The position numbers and the translations under genes were made by a program. DNA of 33,893 nucleotides. It comes from a bacterium. GTDB lineage: Bacteria > Fidelibacterota > UBA2242. This document shows, piece after piece, positions 1-10,012 of the stretch. The stretch covers positions 1 to 33,893 of the forward strand of contig JAHIOG010000495.1 of assembly GCA_018895675.1 (NCBI GenBank), written 5' to 3'. The notes below the pieces were generated by a model that did not search any database, was not told where the DNA came from, and saw only the letters and a list, made by a program, of their open reading frames with translations. Every line of letters starts with the position of its first letter. Positions within the stretch are counted from its first letter, which is position 1.

Positions 1-1033
1 GTTCGGGATTGGATTCGGCGTATTTGATACCGTGTTTAATGAATGTCTGTCCCATTTTATTCATTAATATACCGGCCACTCCTTTGCCCTGGTAATCAGG
101 ATGCACACCGATCAGATAGAGATCAATAATAGCATTTTTCTTCATTGCCTTTATAAAATGAATAAATCCAAAAGGAAATAACCTCCCATTGCTCTTTTGA
201 AGGGCGCGGGAAAGGGATGGCAGCGTAATTCCAAATCCGATTACTTTACCTTCACGGTTAAGTACGATGCCGATATAATCAGGTGTAATAAATCCCAAAT
301 ACTGTTTTATATAGGTATCAACTTGCTTTTTGGTCAGAAACACAAATCCATACAATTGCTGATAAGCTTGCTGGAGAACATCAAACATTTCATCGGCGTA
401 GGGTAGTATCTCTTTCATGGATTTCGCGTTTAGTACATAAAAGCCCCTTTTTTCCTGGATGATTTTTGAATAATGAGATATCTCTTCAGGAAATTTATCA
501 GGAATTGTGATCTGATACTCCACCCAATCGACATCTTTCTTATAGCCCAATTTATCCAAATGTTGCGGATAGTACGGATAATTATAAATTGCCGCCATCG
601 TACCCAGTTCATCGAATCCTTCTACCAGCATCCCTTCGTGATCGAAATCTGTAAAACCGAGTGGACCATGCACGGATTCCGCACCTTTTTCCCGCGCCCA
701 CACCTCGACCTGGGTTAACAATGCGAATGACACTTCGGGATCATCTATAAAATCGATCCAGCCAAAACGGACCTGGCGCTTACCCCACGTTTCCTCGTGC
801 CGGTTATTCAAAATAGCGGTAATTCGTCCAACAATTTTCCCTTCCTGATACGCCAGCCAGCATTTTGCTTCACAAAACTCAAAAGCCGGATTTGATTTTG
901 GCGACAAGGAATTCAGTTCATCTTTGATCAGCGACGGCACCCAATAAGGATGGTTGCGATAAAGTTTTAACGGAAATTTAACAAATTTACGTAAATTTCT
1001 GTGGGATTTAACCTCGCGAATTTCAACAGCCAT
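1..1033 (-). CDS. GNAT-family N-acetyltransferase, C-terminus cut by window edge
   Basis: Absent from the supplied ORF track because it has no stop inside the window. Reverse-strand reading from ATG (cat at 1031-1033) is open to position 1: MAVEIREVKSHRNLRKFVKFPLKLYRNHPYWVPSL...IDLYLIGVHPDYQGKGVAGILMNKMGQTFIKHG... The HPDYQGKGVAG segment is the GNAT acetyl-CoA-binding (Q/R-x-x-G-x-G/A) motif. GAGG lies about 7 nt upstream of the ATG. Confidence 0.65.
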   Translation of the reverse strand, partial: MAVEIREVKSHRNLRKFVKFPLKLYRNHPYWVPSLIKDELNSLSPKSNPAFEFCEAKCWLAYQEGKIVGRITAILNNRHEETWGKRQVRFGWIDFIDDPEVSFALLTQVEVWAREKGAESVHGPLGFTDFDHEGMLVEGFDELGTMAAIYNYPYYPQHLDKLGYKKDVDWVEYQITIPDKFPEEISHYSKIIQEKRGFYVLNAKSMKEILPYADEMFDVLQQAYQQLYGFVFLTKKQVDTYIKQYLGFITPDYIGIVLNREGKVIGFGITLPSLSRALQKSNGRLFPFGFIHFIKAMKKNAIIDLYLIGVHPDYQGKGVAGILMNKMGQTFIKHGIKYAESNPE

Positions 1034-1057
1034 ATTTACCTCGTTATTATATTGATT

Positions 1058-1831
1058 TTATTTACCTTTGAGCAACAGCGTTACACATTTTACTCTATTT
1101 TTTAAAATCTCGTTTTCAACCCGTTGTGATTTTAGATATTCTTCAAAAAGATATTTCTTTGCCGGATACAATGCCATTAATTCCTTCGCTCTTGTTTCAA
1201 TATGACGATACATATCATCATATTCGGATATATCAGATTCATTTATAAAAGACGAGCCGATGATTTGAAAATTACTTCTGTTGATCTGAGCCATGAATTC
1301 GTTTTCTGACAGATAATCGGGATGATTAAAATCACTTCCAATCGGTATAAAAGCATCGTCCAGAATGATATAACCAGCCGGTAGAATACACGTTTTTAAC
1401 TGTTGAAGTGTTTCTTCAATATTGCCCAATACCGGACCGATGGAGCCCAGAATGATGATATCGTATTCTCTTAAAGCATGTACAGATTCACGTATATCTC
1501 CAATTTGAAATTCACATAATTTTTCTACATTCCATTCTTTGGCTTTGTTTCTCGCTTCCTCAATAAAATCTGAAACCGCATCGATTCCATGAACACTAAA
1601 ACCAAATTCTTTCGCCAGTGAGATAGATACGGCGCCTTTGCCGCAAGCTAAATCAAGGATCTTTGAAGTCGTATCTTGTTTGTAAAGATTGTGTTTCTTA
1701 ATTATCCCAATAATAGCCTTAGCAGATGATCCGATCTCCCATAGATCCTGAAGTAAATACGGGATGTATGGCAGCAAATCAATGTTATCACCATCGAGGG
1801 ATTTTAGGATCGTCTCTTTTAAATTTTCCAT
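1058..1831 (-). CDS. class I SAM-dependent methyltransferase
   Basis: 257-aa ORF with Rossmann-fold methyltransferase motif I (ILDLACGKGAVSISLA), then an acidic residue at the end of beta-2 (GIDAV) and a motif-II-like FQIGDI. Confidence 0.8.
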   Translation of the reverse strand: MENLKETILKSLDGDNIDLLPYIPYLLQDLWEIGSSAKAIIGIIKKHNLYKQDTTSKILDLACGKGAVSISLAKEFGFSVHGIDAVSDFIEEARNKAKEWNVEKLCEFQIGDIRESVHALREYDIIILGSIGPVLGNIEETLQQLKTCILPAGYIILDDAFIPIGSDFNHPDYLSENEFMAQINRSNFQIIGSSFINESDISEYDDMYRHIETRAKELMALYPAKKYLFEEYLKSQRVENEILKNRVKCVTLLLKGK

Positions 1832-1872
1832 GTTTAAAAAGTGAACCTCAACAACATCTTTTCAGGATAATT

Positions 1873-2634
1873 TTAGAACAGTTTTAACAATTTCACCGCC
1901 ATCAGCGCAATCGCCAATGCAAGCACATAACGAATTAATTTTTCGCCTCCTTTTACAGATGCTTTGGCACCCCACCATCCACCTAAAGCATTACCAAAAG
2001 CAAGACTGAGACCAAATCCCCAGTTCACATTGCCGGTAAGAGTAAAAATAAATAACGAAGGAATTGTATAAATAAAAATGATAAAGACCTTATGCATATT
2101 GACATAAATTAGGCTGATTTTCAGGATATGATAAAGGGCAGCCATAAACAAAAATCCAACGCCCACCTGAATGAAACCACCGTAGAACCCAATAAAGAAA
2201 AGCACAACATAAATCAGCCATTGATTCTTTGCGATCGAGGTCACATTCTGATAGTTCTTTTTCATCTGTGGCAGGAACAGGGAAATCACAATTCCGAGCA
2301 TGACAATCGCTAAAATTCGCTGGAACCATTCATCATTGATACGGACAGACACCAGCGCCCCGATGACAGCTCCGGGCAAAGTAATATAAGAAAATTTCAA
2401 ACTTTCTTTGAACCGATGGACATTATGCTTTCGAAAAGAGGTAACCGCAAACAGATTTTGGAGTAAAATACCAATCCGGTTGGTACCGTTAGCTAAAGCG
2501 CTATCCAAACCTAAAAATATCAGTGCCGGAAGAGTTAAAGTCGAACCCCCTCCGGCATTTACATTGATAAACCCGGCTATCGAACCTACAACAAACAGCA
2601 AAACAAACTTCCACAGGTCTTCCATAAAATTCAT
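1873..2634 (-). CDS. TauE/SafE (DUF81) family sulfite/anion exporter, membrane protein
   Basis: 253-aa polytopic hydrophobic ORF. The N-terminal GSIAGFINVNAGGGSTLTLPALIFLG and the internally duplicated C-terminal half are typical of the TauE/SafE family. Confidence 0.8.
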   Translation of the reverse strand: MNFMEDLWKFVLLFVVGSIAGFINVNAGGGSTLTLPALIFLGLDSALANGTNRIGILLQNLFAVTSFRKHNVHRFKESLKFSYITLPGAVIGALVSVRINDEWFQRILAIVMLGIVISLFLPQMKKNYQNVTSIAKNQWLIYVVLFFIGFYGGFIQVGVGFLFMAALYHILKISLIYVNMHKVFIIFIYTIPSLFIFTLTGNVNWGFGLSLAFGNALGGWWGAKASVKGGEKLIRYVLALAIALMAVKLLKLF

Positions 2635-2898
2635 TGATCATTTCTTAATAATTAAATTGTACAATACTATTTCCCCCATTGGAAGATAAATATAGAGGAT
2701 AAATTACTAAAACTCAAAATAAAAATTGAGATGTGACGCTACGTACGATGATATTCGAATCGGAGAATTCAGGATGTAAAGATCAGAGGTGATCCGATAA
2801 AATTTTAATTTAATTTTGGATTTTTTTGTAAAGTCGGTTAAAAGTCTCTTGATAGTTACAAATATTTTTCAGAAATTAGACTGCTTATTACAGATGAT

Positions 2899-2971
<73 letters not shown>

Positions 2972-2983
2972 CAAAGATAAAGA

Positions 2984-3005
2984 AAAAGGGGCTTAGCTCC
3001 TTTTT
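2984..3005 (+). terminator. hairpin plus T-run immediately after the tRNA (putative intrinsic terminator)
   Basis: AAAAGGGGC-TTA-GCTCCTTTTT: GC-rich 5-bp core (one G:U) extended by A:T pairs and ending in a T5 run. Confidence 0.45.
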
Positions 3006-3015
3006 GCGTATTAAA

Positions 3016-3255
3016 ATGTACATAGTCTACGTCATAAAGAGTTTTGAAGGATTAACCTATATTGGTCAAACGAATGATATAAATCGTCGTTTGAAAGAGC
3101 ATAATAAAGGACTTTCACGCTGGACTAAAAGAGGTGCTGATTGGGAATTAGTTTACTTAGAGGAATACGATAATCGCCAAGATGCAGTTCAACGCGAGAA
3201 ATATTTAAAAAGTGGAGCCGGAAGAGAATGGTTGAAAAGGGAGTTGAGCTCATAA
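3016..3255 (+). CDS. small GIY-YIG nuclease-superfamily protein (UPF0213/YhbQ-like)
   Basis: 79 aa: MYIVYVIKSFEGLTYIGQTNDINRRLKEHNKG...LVYLEEYDNRQDAVQREKYLK. It contains the (G)IY...YIG, R, HN and E elements of the GIY-YIG fold. The track ORF 2905..3255 reads through the tRNA; the internal ATG at 3016 is the credible start. Confidence 0.8.
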   Translation: MYIVYVIKSFEGLTYIGQTNDINRRLKEHNKGLSRWTKRGADWELVYLEEYDNRQDAVQREKYLKSGAGREWLKRELSS

Positions 3256-3373
3256 TCCGCCTACACTAAGCTCCGGCGGATCTCCGCGGACGCTCCGACC
3301 CAAAGATCGTTGGGAAGCCTGTCCACCTGAGGAGGATGTGTCCGACGTAGGTGAAAATCCTTCCCCCGCTACA
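3248..3373 (+). pseudogene. degenerate, insertion-riddled duplicate of the tRNA-fMet 3' half (anticodon loop to 3' end)
   Basis: Three blocks are colinear with the intact tRNA. GCTCATAA (3248-3255) matches 2929-2936. ACCCAAAGATCGTTGG (3298-3313) matches ACCCAAAGGTCGTTGG (2936-2951) at 15/16. GGTGAAAATCCTTCCCCCGCTACA (3350-3373) matches GGTTCGAATCCAGCCCCCGCTACA (2950-2973) at about 19/24. The blocks are separated by unrelated 40-nt and 36-nt segments. Confidence 0.5.
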
Positions 3374-3376
3374 AGT

Positions 3377-3404
3377 AAAGCCCTCGTTTGTGAAGGCTTT
3401 TTTA
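3377..3404 (+). terminator. intrinsic terminator following the tRNA remnant
   Basis: AAAGCCCTC-GTTTGT-GAAGGCTTTTTTT: 9-bp stem with one mismatch, followed by a T-run. Confidence 0.5.
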
Positions 3405-3494
3405 ATTAAGCATTAGTGTATTTGTTTATGTGGCTGGATGTTCGTCCCTTTCCGATTTATTGGAAGATTAGTTCCATGCTGTAAGCGGGAAATC

Positions 3495-3520
3495 GGAATC
3501 CGCTGACAGCGGAGCATTCC
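3495..3520 (-). terminator. hairpin downstream of the usp-like gene (weak terminator candidate)
   Basis: GGAAT-CCGCTGACAGCGG-AGC-ATTCC nested stem 43 nt after the stop at 3563. There is only a weak U-tract on the minus strand, so the call is uncertain. Confidence 0.3.
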
Positions 3521-3562
3521 TCGCTACAAATAAATTTCTCGATTATTTTACATTAAGGTTTC

Positions 3563-4009
3563 TTACAGAACTCTTTTAGTCAGGACCGGACAGGAAGCAT
3601 GCCGTATGATTTTTTCCGCCACCGATCCAAAAATCATGTGTTTTAAACCTGTTCTGCCATGGGTGGCTACAACTATAAGGTTCACATCATTTTCATCAGC
3701 AATTTTAATTATCTCCTGAGCAGGATCTCCACAGGAAATAATCTGGTGGACTTTAATTCCGGAAGATACATGCTTTTTAGCGATATCATCTAAGCTCTTT
3801 TTGGAATTGATTTCTAAAGAATCCTGGTATTTTGGAATATCAAAAACAAATGGATGGGGTGGAGTAGGAACGGAAGGTATTGGTGGAATTATATTAACAA
3901 GAAAAATTTCGGCGTGAAATGTCTTTGCCATCTCATCAGCTATTTTAAGCGCTTTTAGAGAATGTTCGCTAAAATCTATGGGACAAAGAACTTTTTTTAG
4001 TGGAAACAT
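3563..4009 (-). CDS. universal stress protein (UspA family)
   Basis: MFPLKKVLCPIDFSEHSLKAL...LIVVATHGRTGLKHMIFGSVAEKIIRHASCPVL is the canonical Usp ATP-binding G-2x-G-9x-G(S/T) region. The track ORF starts at 4021, but a perfect GGAGG (4014-4018) sits 4 nt upstream of the ATG at 4007-4009. Confidence 0.85.
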   Translation of the reverse strand: MFPLKKVLCPIDFSEHSLKALKIADEMAKTFHAEIFLVNIIPPIPSVPTPPHPFVFDIPKYQDSLEINSKKSLDDIAKKHVSSGIKVHQIISCGDPAQEIIKIADENDVNLIVVATHGRTGLKHMIFGSVAEKIIRHASCPVLTKRVL

Positions 4010-4327
4010 ATTTACCTCCATATTTTAATTATTTTTCAATGTACAAAGGAGCGACTCAATCTACTATGACAATAAGATTACCTTGAGTTTCAAAATAGGT
4101 TTCCTCTTATGTTTTAATCTATTCATTTCAAAAAGCCGCTCCTATAATCAAAATATTTAACTTTTTAATTAAATGCAAGACCCGGCTTATATTTATCGCT
4201 CTTTTTTGATATACTTGATCACTTAGATAATTGATTTTGAGATAAATAAAGATTAAACCTTGCAGGTTTGTCAATATGGTAAAATTTATAACAATGATAA
4301 AAGAAAAATCTGAACAAACGGAGCTGA

Positions 4328-4744
4328 TTATTCTCCGATAACCTTAATGAGATAACGCTTTGGACGTTTTCCATCGAACTCCCCGTAGAAAATCTGTTCC
4401 CAGGGACCAAAATCAAGTTTGCCATTGCTGATTGCTACTACAACTTCCCGCCCCATAATCTGACGTTTAAGGTGAGCGTCGGCGTTATCTTCATAACCAT
4501 TGTGATGATACTGGGAATGAGGTTTTTCAGGCGCCAGTTTTTCCAGCCAGGTTTCAAAATCCTGATGCAAACCGGATTCATTGTCATTGATGAATACACT
4601 CGCTGTAATATGCATGGCATTCACCAGGCACAAGCCCTCTTTTATGCCGCTCTCACGAACAATACCTTCCACTTCCGGTGTAATGTTGATGAATGCCCTT
4701 CTGCGGGGAACGTTCAGTGTAATATGTTTTGTAACAGATTTCAT
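4328..4744 (-). CDS. YjbQ/UPF0047 family protein (secondary thiamine-phosphate synthase-like)
   Basis: [18 protein letters not shown]...[22 protein letters not shown]....L.P......[15 protein letters not shown]....G is the UPF0047 signature. The track ORF extends to 4879 with no RBS. The ATG at 4742-4744 has GAGGAG about 9 nt upstream and gives the family-typical length of about 138 aa. Confidence 0.8.
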   Translation of the reverse strand: MKSVTKHITLNVPRRRAFINITPEVEGIVRESGIKEGLCLVNAMHITASVFINDNESGLHQDFETWLEKLAPEKPHSQYHHNGYEDNADAHLKRQIMGREVVVAISNGKLDFGPWEQIFYGEFDGKRPKRYLIKVIGE

Positions 4745-5181
4745 ATCTCGAAACTCCTCTTTTAATCCATTGAATTTTAACAATTCGGTGTGCATTTCAC
4801 AAGCATTAGAATTTTCTTTTACCAGATGGCAACAAATCTGTTCTCCAATGTAATGTGTAAATAACTCACTATTTGTCATTCAAAATCAAAAATGCCGGTA
4901 CAAACAGCACAATATATTCATTGCGTTAATACAAAGATAAATTAAATTACAAAACAGATAAGGAACCAAAAATGACGATACAATTGCCTATTATCTTTTA
5001 TTCAATATAAATGTAAAAGGATTAAATATTTGGGTCAAGTCTTTGATAAATAAGCATCTATATAAAAAATCAAATGAAACTAAAAATATTATCAATAGCC
5101 CAGCCCTTTAGGGCTGTGATTAAGAAATACCACAACAAAGCCGATACGCCGTTCACGGCATTCCAAAAAGGTTGAGAAGAC

Positions 5182-8100
5182 ATGGCTAAAAAACATTCCG
5201 GTGCTGAAACATCTCAGATTGAAGAGAAAGTAAAGAAACTCAAAAAGGCGAAAACAAAGGAGGCATTCCGGGAAAGTGAGGAAAAATTCCATTTACTTTT
5301 AGAATCCAGCGACGATCCTATCTACCTTGTAGACAAGGAACTAAAGTATCTTTACGCTAATAAGAAACTTCTATCAAGATATGGAAAATCCTTAAGCGAA
5401 GTAATAGGACTAACTTATGCAAATTTTCACTCACCTGAAGCAACGGTGCTATTTTCCAATAGAGTAAAGAAAGTCCTCAAATCAGGCAAACCGCTCGCTT
5501 ACGAATATAAAAGTCAGAGGGATAGGAAGGATTTCCTGCGAACACTAAATCCGTTCATAAACTGGAGTACCGGGGAGATAACAGCCATAACAGTCATTTC
5601 AAAAGATATCAGCAAACAGAAACAGACCGAAAGAGCGCTGGAAAAAAGCGAAGAAAAACTCAGAAATTTCATAGACTCCAGCACAGTAGGTATATGGTGT
5701 TTCAGATTGGAAACGCCGGCAGATATTATACTTCCAAAAGAGAAAATGCTCAAAGATTTTTTCAAAAGCGTCTGCACAGAATGCAATGATGTCTACGCAG
5801 TGATGATGGGCGCGACAAAAGATGAGATTTTGGGTACTGTACTATATGAAGTTATGCCTGATACAGAAGAAAACAGAGCTTATCTTGAAGCTTTTATTAA
5901 CAATAACTTCCAGATTTCAGGTGGAATTTCCCATGAGATTGGCAAAAATGGGTTAGAAAAATACTTCTCCAACTCAATGGTGGGAACTATAAAAAACGGA
6001 AAACTTGTCGAAGCCTGGGGTACTCAAACCGATATAACCGAACTGAAGCAAGCAGAGAAAGACTTGCAGTTTCTCAGCTCCATAAGCGAACAGGCAAAAG
6101 ATTCCATAATTGTTACCGACACAGATTTTAACATTACCTACATCAATAAAGCCACGGAAGAGTTATACGGCTACTCCAAAAAAGAACTCCTCGGAAAAAC
6201 TCCCGACATATTAAATGCCAATTCCCATCGAACGCAAATCCAAGAGGATATTTATAAAACCGTTTCATCGGGTAAGACCTGGACAGGGGAACATCTCAAT
6301 CGAAAAAAGGACGGCAGCACCTTTATTTGCGAGTTTAAAATTTCACCATTAAAAGACGTAGACGACAATATTTTAGCTTATATCGCCATTCAACGAGATT
6401 GCACCGGGCGCAAGCAGGCGGAAGAAAAATTACTTTTTGAACAGAAACAACTTCTTTCTATGTTTGATAGTATTGATGAAGTGATCTACGTTGCCGATCC
6501 GGCTACTTACGAACTTATATATTTTAATGAAGCTTTTAAATCGCGCTGGAAAGGAAAGGCGGGCGATAAGTGTTATAAGGTACTTCAAGATCGAACTTCT
6601 CCCTGTCCCTTTTGTACAAACAAAGATATTTTCGGAGAAAATCTGGGGAAAACATATATTTGGGAATTCCAGAACTTAGTTGATAAACATTGGTACCGCT
6701 GCATAGATAAAGCAATAAAATGGCCTGATGAGCGTATGGTGCGCTATGAGATGGCAGTTGATATCACCGAGCGCAAGCGGGCGGAAAAGGAAGTCCGTGA
6801 GAGTGAAGAAAGATACAGAACCCTTTTTAAAGAAACGCCAATCGGGATATTGACATGCGATACTAAAGGGAATATACATAACATTAATAAGACAGCATTA
6901 GAAATTCTTGGCTCGCCATCTGAAGATGCTACAAAACAGATAAATCTTTTAACATTCCACCTTTTGAAAGAAGCTGGAATCTCTGATGATGTAAGACGCT
7001 GCATAGAAGAAGGTTGTATTGTAAGCTCCGAAAAACCCTATACCACGAAGTGGGGAAAATCCCTAATAGTTCAATCAAAAATAACACCTATTACCGATGA
7101 GAAAGGAAAAGTTAATGGAGTATTATTCGTTTTTGATGATATTTCTGAGCGCAAGAGAGCAGAAAACCAAATTATATCCTTAACCAAACAGATTGAACAA
7201 TTCAGCAAAATCTCTGCCGATATGTTAACCATCACAGATGACAAAATACTGTTTAAAACCATCAGTTCTGCCATTGTTGAAATTTCGGATTTTAGCCGGG
7301 TGATGTTCTACACTTTCAAGGAAGATTTTCCATATAGAGATATACTAGGTTCTCACGGTATAGATAAAGAAACTATAGAACGTTTGCAAAAAGTCGGCAT
7401 ATCACAGGAGGAGTTAAAAGAGATTTTTAACAAAGGAATATCCCTGGGAAATCAATCATGCTATGTGCCGCATACTATGAAGCATATCCTTGATCAAAAG
7501 GCTGTGGATAATGGAAAGAAAGAGTATGCTCCCGGCGCAGGTCGATGGCATAATGAAGATAACCTTTTCATCGCTTTAAAAGATGAGGCTGGTGATTTTA
7601 TCGGCATGATTTCGGTGGATGACTCCAAGAGCGGGGATATTCCCACGGATGAAACGGTCAGACCACTGGAAATGTTCGCTAATCACATTTCCCAAATCTT
7701 GCAAAGTAGAAAATTGGAAAAGAAGATACGAGCTTCTGAGGAGCAATATCGCCTGTTAGTTGAAAATGTCAACGATGCAATTGTAATCAGTCAATATGAC
7801 AAATTCATCTTTTTTAATAAGCAATTTACGACAATGTTAAGATACGATTACGATGAATTGCTTATGAAAGATTTTACTGAGGTTCATACCGAAAAGGCTG
7901 TCGAAATATTGATGGAACGCCAGAAAAGACGCAACCTGGGAGAATATGTGCCATCCCGATACGAAACCGTATTTAAGAAAAAAGACGGGACAACAATCGA
8001 CGTCGAAGCTAATGTGACAATCATAGAATACAGAGGCGATAAGGCGACTTTTGCGGTAATCAGAGATATTACAGAGCGAAAGCAAATTGAGAGAGAAGCT

Positions 8101-9219
8101 CGCAGAAACCAGAATCTCGAATCAATCGGCGTTCTTGCCGGCGGTATTGCCCACGATTTTAACAATATCCTCACTATAATTTTAGGCAATATTACACTTT
8201 CCAAGATGTATGCCAACCCGGAAGACAAAGTTTATAAGAGGCTAGTTGAAGCCGAGAAAGGAGCAATGCGGGCAAAAGATCTAACCCAGCAACTGCTTAC
8301 TTTTTCCAAAGGCGGAGCGCCGGTCAAGGAAGCAGCATCTGTTACTGAATTTCTAAAAGAATCCGCAGCTTTTGCACTCTCCGGGTCCAACGTCAAATGC
8401 ATATTCTCTATTCCGGACGACATTTGGGCGGTTGAAATTGACAAAGGGCAGATAAACCAGGTGTTTAACAACCTGGTAATGAATGCAGACCAGGCTATGC
8501 CCGAAGGCGGCATAATTAATATAAAAGCCGAAAATATTACTATTACTCCGGAAAATGTTTTACCACTTCAAAACGGAAAGTACCTAAAATTTAGTTTTGA
8601 AGACCATGGGATTGGCATTCCAGCCCATCATCTCGATAAAATATTCGATCCATACTTTTCCACCAAGACAAAGGGAAGCGGGCTTGGACTTGCCGGCGCC
8701 TATTCCATTATTAGAAATCATAACGGATTAATAACGGTTGAATCGGAATTGGGCGTCGGAACTACATTCTACATATATCTGCCGGCTTCAGAAAAAATAG
8801 TCGCTGAAAAAGAAAGCGAAACCGGAAAAACGCTTTTCGGTAAAGGAAAAATCCTCATAATGGACGATGAAGATTTCGTAAGAGAGGTCGCCGGAGAAAT
8901 GGCAGAAAGTCTTGGGTACAGCGCCGAATTCGCCAAAGATGGCGCGGAAGCAATTGAGTTATATGAAAAAGCGCTGAAATCCACAGAGCCTTTTGAGGCG
9001 GTAATTATGGATTTGACCATACCGGGTGGTATGGGTGGAAAAGAGGCTGTCAGGGAACTCCTGAAAATCGATCCTGAAGTAAAAGCGATTGTTTCCAGCG
9101 GATATTCCAACGATCCGATAATGTCTGACTGCAAAAAGTACGGTTTTGTGGGCGTTGTTGCCAAGCCTTACAAGATATCTGAATTAGGAAAAACGCTAAA
9201 AGAAATTATTCTGGAATAG
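5182..9219 (+). CDS. hybrid sensor histidine kinase/response regulator (about 6 PAS, 1 GAF, HisKA, HATPase_c, C-terminal REC)
   Basis: 1345-aa soluble protein. It has repeated PAS modules separated by DITE(R/L)K(Q/R)AE coiled linkers and a GAF-like region (about aa 690-850). Further elements are the H-box GGIAHDFNNILT, N/G boxes (NLVMNADQAM, DHGIGI, GSGLGL) and a receiver with MDDED...VIMDLTIPGG...VVAKPY. Confidence 0.9.
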   Translation: MAKKHSGAETSQIEEKVKKLKKAKTKEAFRESEEKFHLLLESSDDPIYLVDKELKYLYANKKLLSRYGKSLSEVIGLTYANFHSPEATVLFSNRVKKVLKSGKPLAYEYKSQRDRKDFLRTLNPFINWSTGEITAITVISKDISKQKQTERALEKSEEKLRNFIDSSTVGIWCFRLETPADIILPKEKMLKDFFKSVCTECNDVYAVMMGATKDEILGTVLYEVMPDTEENRAYLEAFINNNFQISGGISHEIGKNGLEKYFSNSMVGTIKNGKLVEAWGTQTDITELKQAEKDLQFLSSISEQAKDSIIVTDTDFNITYINKATEELYGYSKKELLGKTPDILNANSHRTQIQEDIYKTVSSGKTWTGEHLNRKKDGSTFICEFKISPLKDVDDNILAYIAIQRDCTGRKQAEEKLLFEQKQLLSMFDSIDEVIYVADPATYELIYFNEAFKSRWKGKAGDKCYKVLQDRTSPCPFCTNKDIFGENLGKTYIWEFQNLVDKHWYRCIDKAIKWPDERMVRYEMAVDITERKRAEKEVRESEERYRTLFKETPIGILTCDTKGNIHNINKTALEILGSPSEDATKQINLLTFHLLKEAGISDDVRRCIEEGCIVSSEKPYTTKWGKSLIVQSKITPITDEKGKVNGVLFVFDDISERKRAENQIISLTKQIEQFSKISADMLTITDDKILFKTISSAIVEISDFSRVMFYTFKEDFPYRDILGSHGIDKETIERLQKVGISQEELKEIFNKGISLGNQSCYVPHTMKHILDQKAVDNGKKEYAPGAGRWHNEDNLFIALKDEAGDFIGMISVDDSKSGDIPTDETVRPLEMFANHISQILQSRKLEKKIRASEEQYRLLVENVNDAIVISQYDKFIFFNKQFTTMLRYDYDELLMKDFTEVHTEKAVEILMERQKRRNLGEYVPSRYETVFKKKDGTTIDVEANVTIIEYRGDKATFAVIRDITERKQIEREARRNQNLESIGVLAGGIAHDFNNILTIILGNITLSKMYANPEDKVYKRLVEAEKGAMRAKDLTQQLLTFSKGGAPVKEAASVTEFLKESAAFALSGSNVKCIFSIPDDIWAVEIDKGQINQVFNNLVMNADQAMPEGGIINIKAENITITPENVLPLQNGKYLKFSFEDHGIGIPAHHLDKIFDPYFSTKTKGSGLGLAGAYSIIRNHNGLITVESELGVGTTFYIYLPASEKIVAEKESETGKTLFGKGKILIMDDEDFVREVAGEMAESLGYSAEFAKDGAEAIELYEKALKSTEPFEAVIMDLTIPGGMGGKEAVRELLKIDPEVKAIVSSGYSNDPIMSDCKKYGFVGVVAKPYKISELGKTLKEIILE

Positions 9220-9266
9220 AAAACCAATTTCCGACCCGGCTACTGACGGGAACTAAACCGACACTG

Positions 9267-9444
9267 AAAACCAATTTCCGGACGGCGAAGCCGGACTAAA
9301 TTGGTTTTGGTCTCTTCCCAAACATGAAACCCATTTGATCCGGCGACCGCCGGATTGAAAATAGGTTTCTTTAGATCAACAAGCCGGATTAAAAATGGGT
9401 TTTTTTAGGTATTTTTCTAATCAAAAAGCCATTGCTTTACTTTT
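9267..9444. repeat. REP-like composite repeat, copy A (two long imperfect palindromes; overlaps the 3' end of the RAYT gene)
   Basis: Hairpin 1 at 9267-9308: AAAACCAATTT-CCGGACGGCGAAGCCGGAC-TAAATTGGTTTT. Hairpin 2 at 9326-9369: GAAACCCATTTGATCCGGCG-AC-CGCCGGATTGAAAATAGGTTTC. The unit recurs at 10013-10155. Extra half-sites AAAACCAATT(T)CCG occur at 9220 and 9998. Confidence 0.75.
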
Positions 9445-9983
9445 TTATATTCATCTATACCATCGTTTACAAAATCCGCGTATTCATCTAGGCGTCTAAA
9501 ATATGTGCCGTAAAGACTAACCTGAAAATCAGCCTGACTCTGACTTATCACATTTCCATAATTTGAAAATTCCCATTCCTCCGGTTTATTGACCAATTTT
9601 GCCTTGACAGGATTAAGATGGATATATTTACATAAATATATTGCATAGTTTTCGTCATCGACTAAAATACTTTTAAAGGGTCCTTCAAAAACATGTCCGC
9701 TTTGATAGTATTTACGGTTAAAATATTTTGCGTAGGCCAATTGTAATCTCTGAAAATATTTGGATATCTCATCATCAGATTTCGTTTTTATATAGAAATG
9801 AAAGTGATTAGGCATGAGACAGTACGCCGGAATCCAAAACTTTTCCTCAATCTCAAGTTCTTGTGCTCTGTTTATAACCCATTTATAATCGGAAAGATTT
9901 CTAAACAGGGTCATGTGATTATTCCCACGATTAAACACATGTATGAGTGAATTTTTAATAAAGTTCAGATAACGATAAGGCAT
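9417..9983 (-). CDS. REP-associated tyrosine transposase (RAYT) / IS200-like HUH Y1 transposase
   Basis: 188 aa with the HUH motif (PNHFHFYIKT) and the catalytic Tyr helix (YIHLNPVKAKLV) typical of COG1943/RAYT proteins. It is flanked on both sides by REP-like palindromes. Confidence 0.8.
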   Translation of the reverse strand: MPYRYLNFIKNSLIHVFNRGNNHMTLFRNLSDYKWVINRAQELEIEEKFWIPAYCLMPNHFHFYIKTKSDDEISKYFQRLQLAYAKYFNRKYYQSGHVFEGPFKSILVDDENYAIYLCKYIHLNPVKAKLVNKPEEWEFSNYGNVISQSQADFQVSLYGTYFRRLDEYADFVNDGIDEYKKVKQWLFD

Positions 9984-10012
9984 TCACGGTCTCCATTTAA
10001 AACCAATTCCGT

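Noticed and set aside
2849-2882. Sigma-70-like promoter for the tRNA (TTGATA ... GAAATT/TAGACT)
   Set aside because: The -35-like hexamer has no acceptable -10 at 16-18-nt spacing. In this AT-rich spacer such partial matches are expected by chance.
3513-3528. A third tRNA-3'-end-like match (CATTCCTCGCTACA), suggesting a second integration scar
   Set aside because: Only about 7-8 nt (CGCTACA) match convincingly. The sequence overlaps a hairpin that is better explained as the usp terminator, so it is not above chance.
4745-4879. 45-aa Cys-containing N-terminal extension of the YjbQ-like ORF (…[16 protein letters not shown]…) as an added sensory domain
   Set aside because: There is no RBS at 4879. 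GAGGAG precedes the internal ATG at 4744, which gives the family-typical length. The extension is probably untranslated leader.
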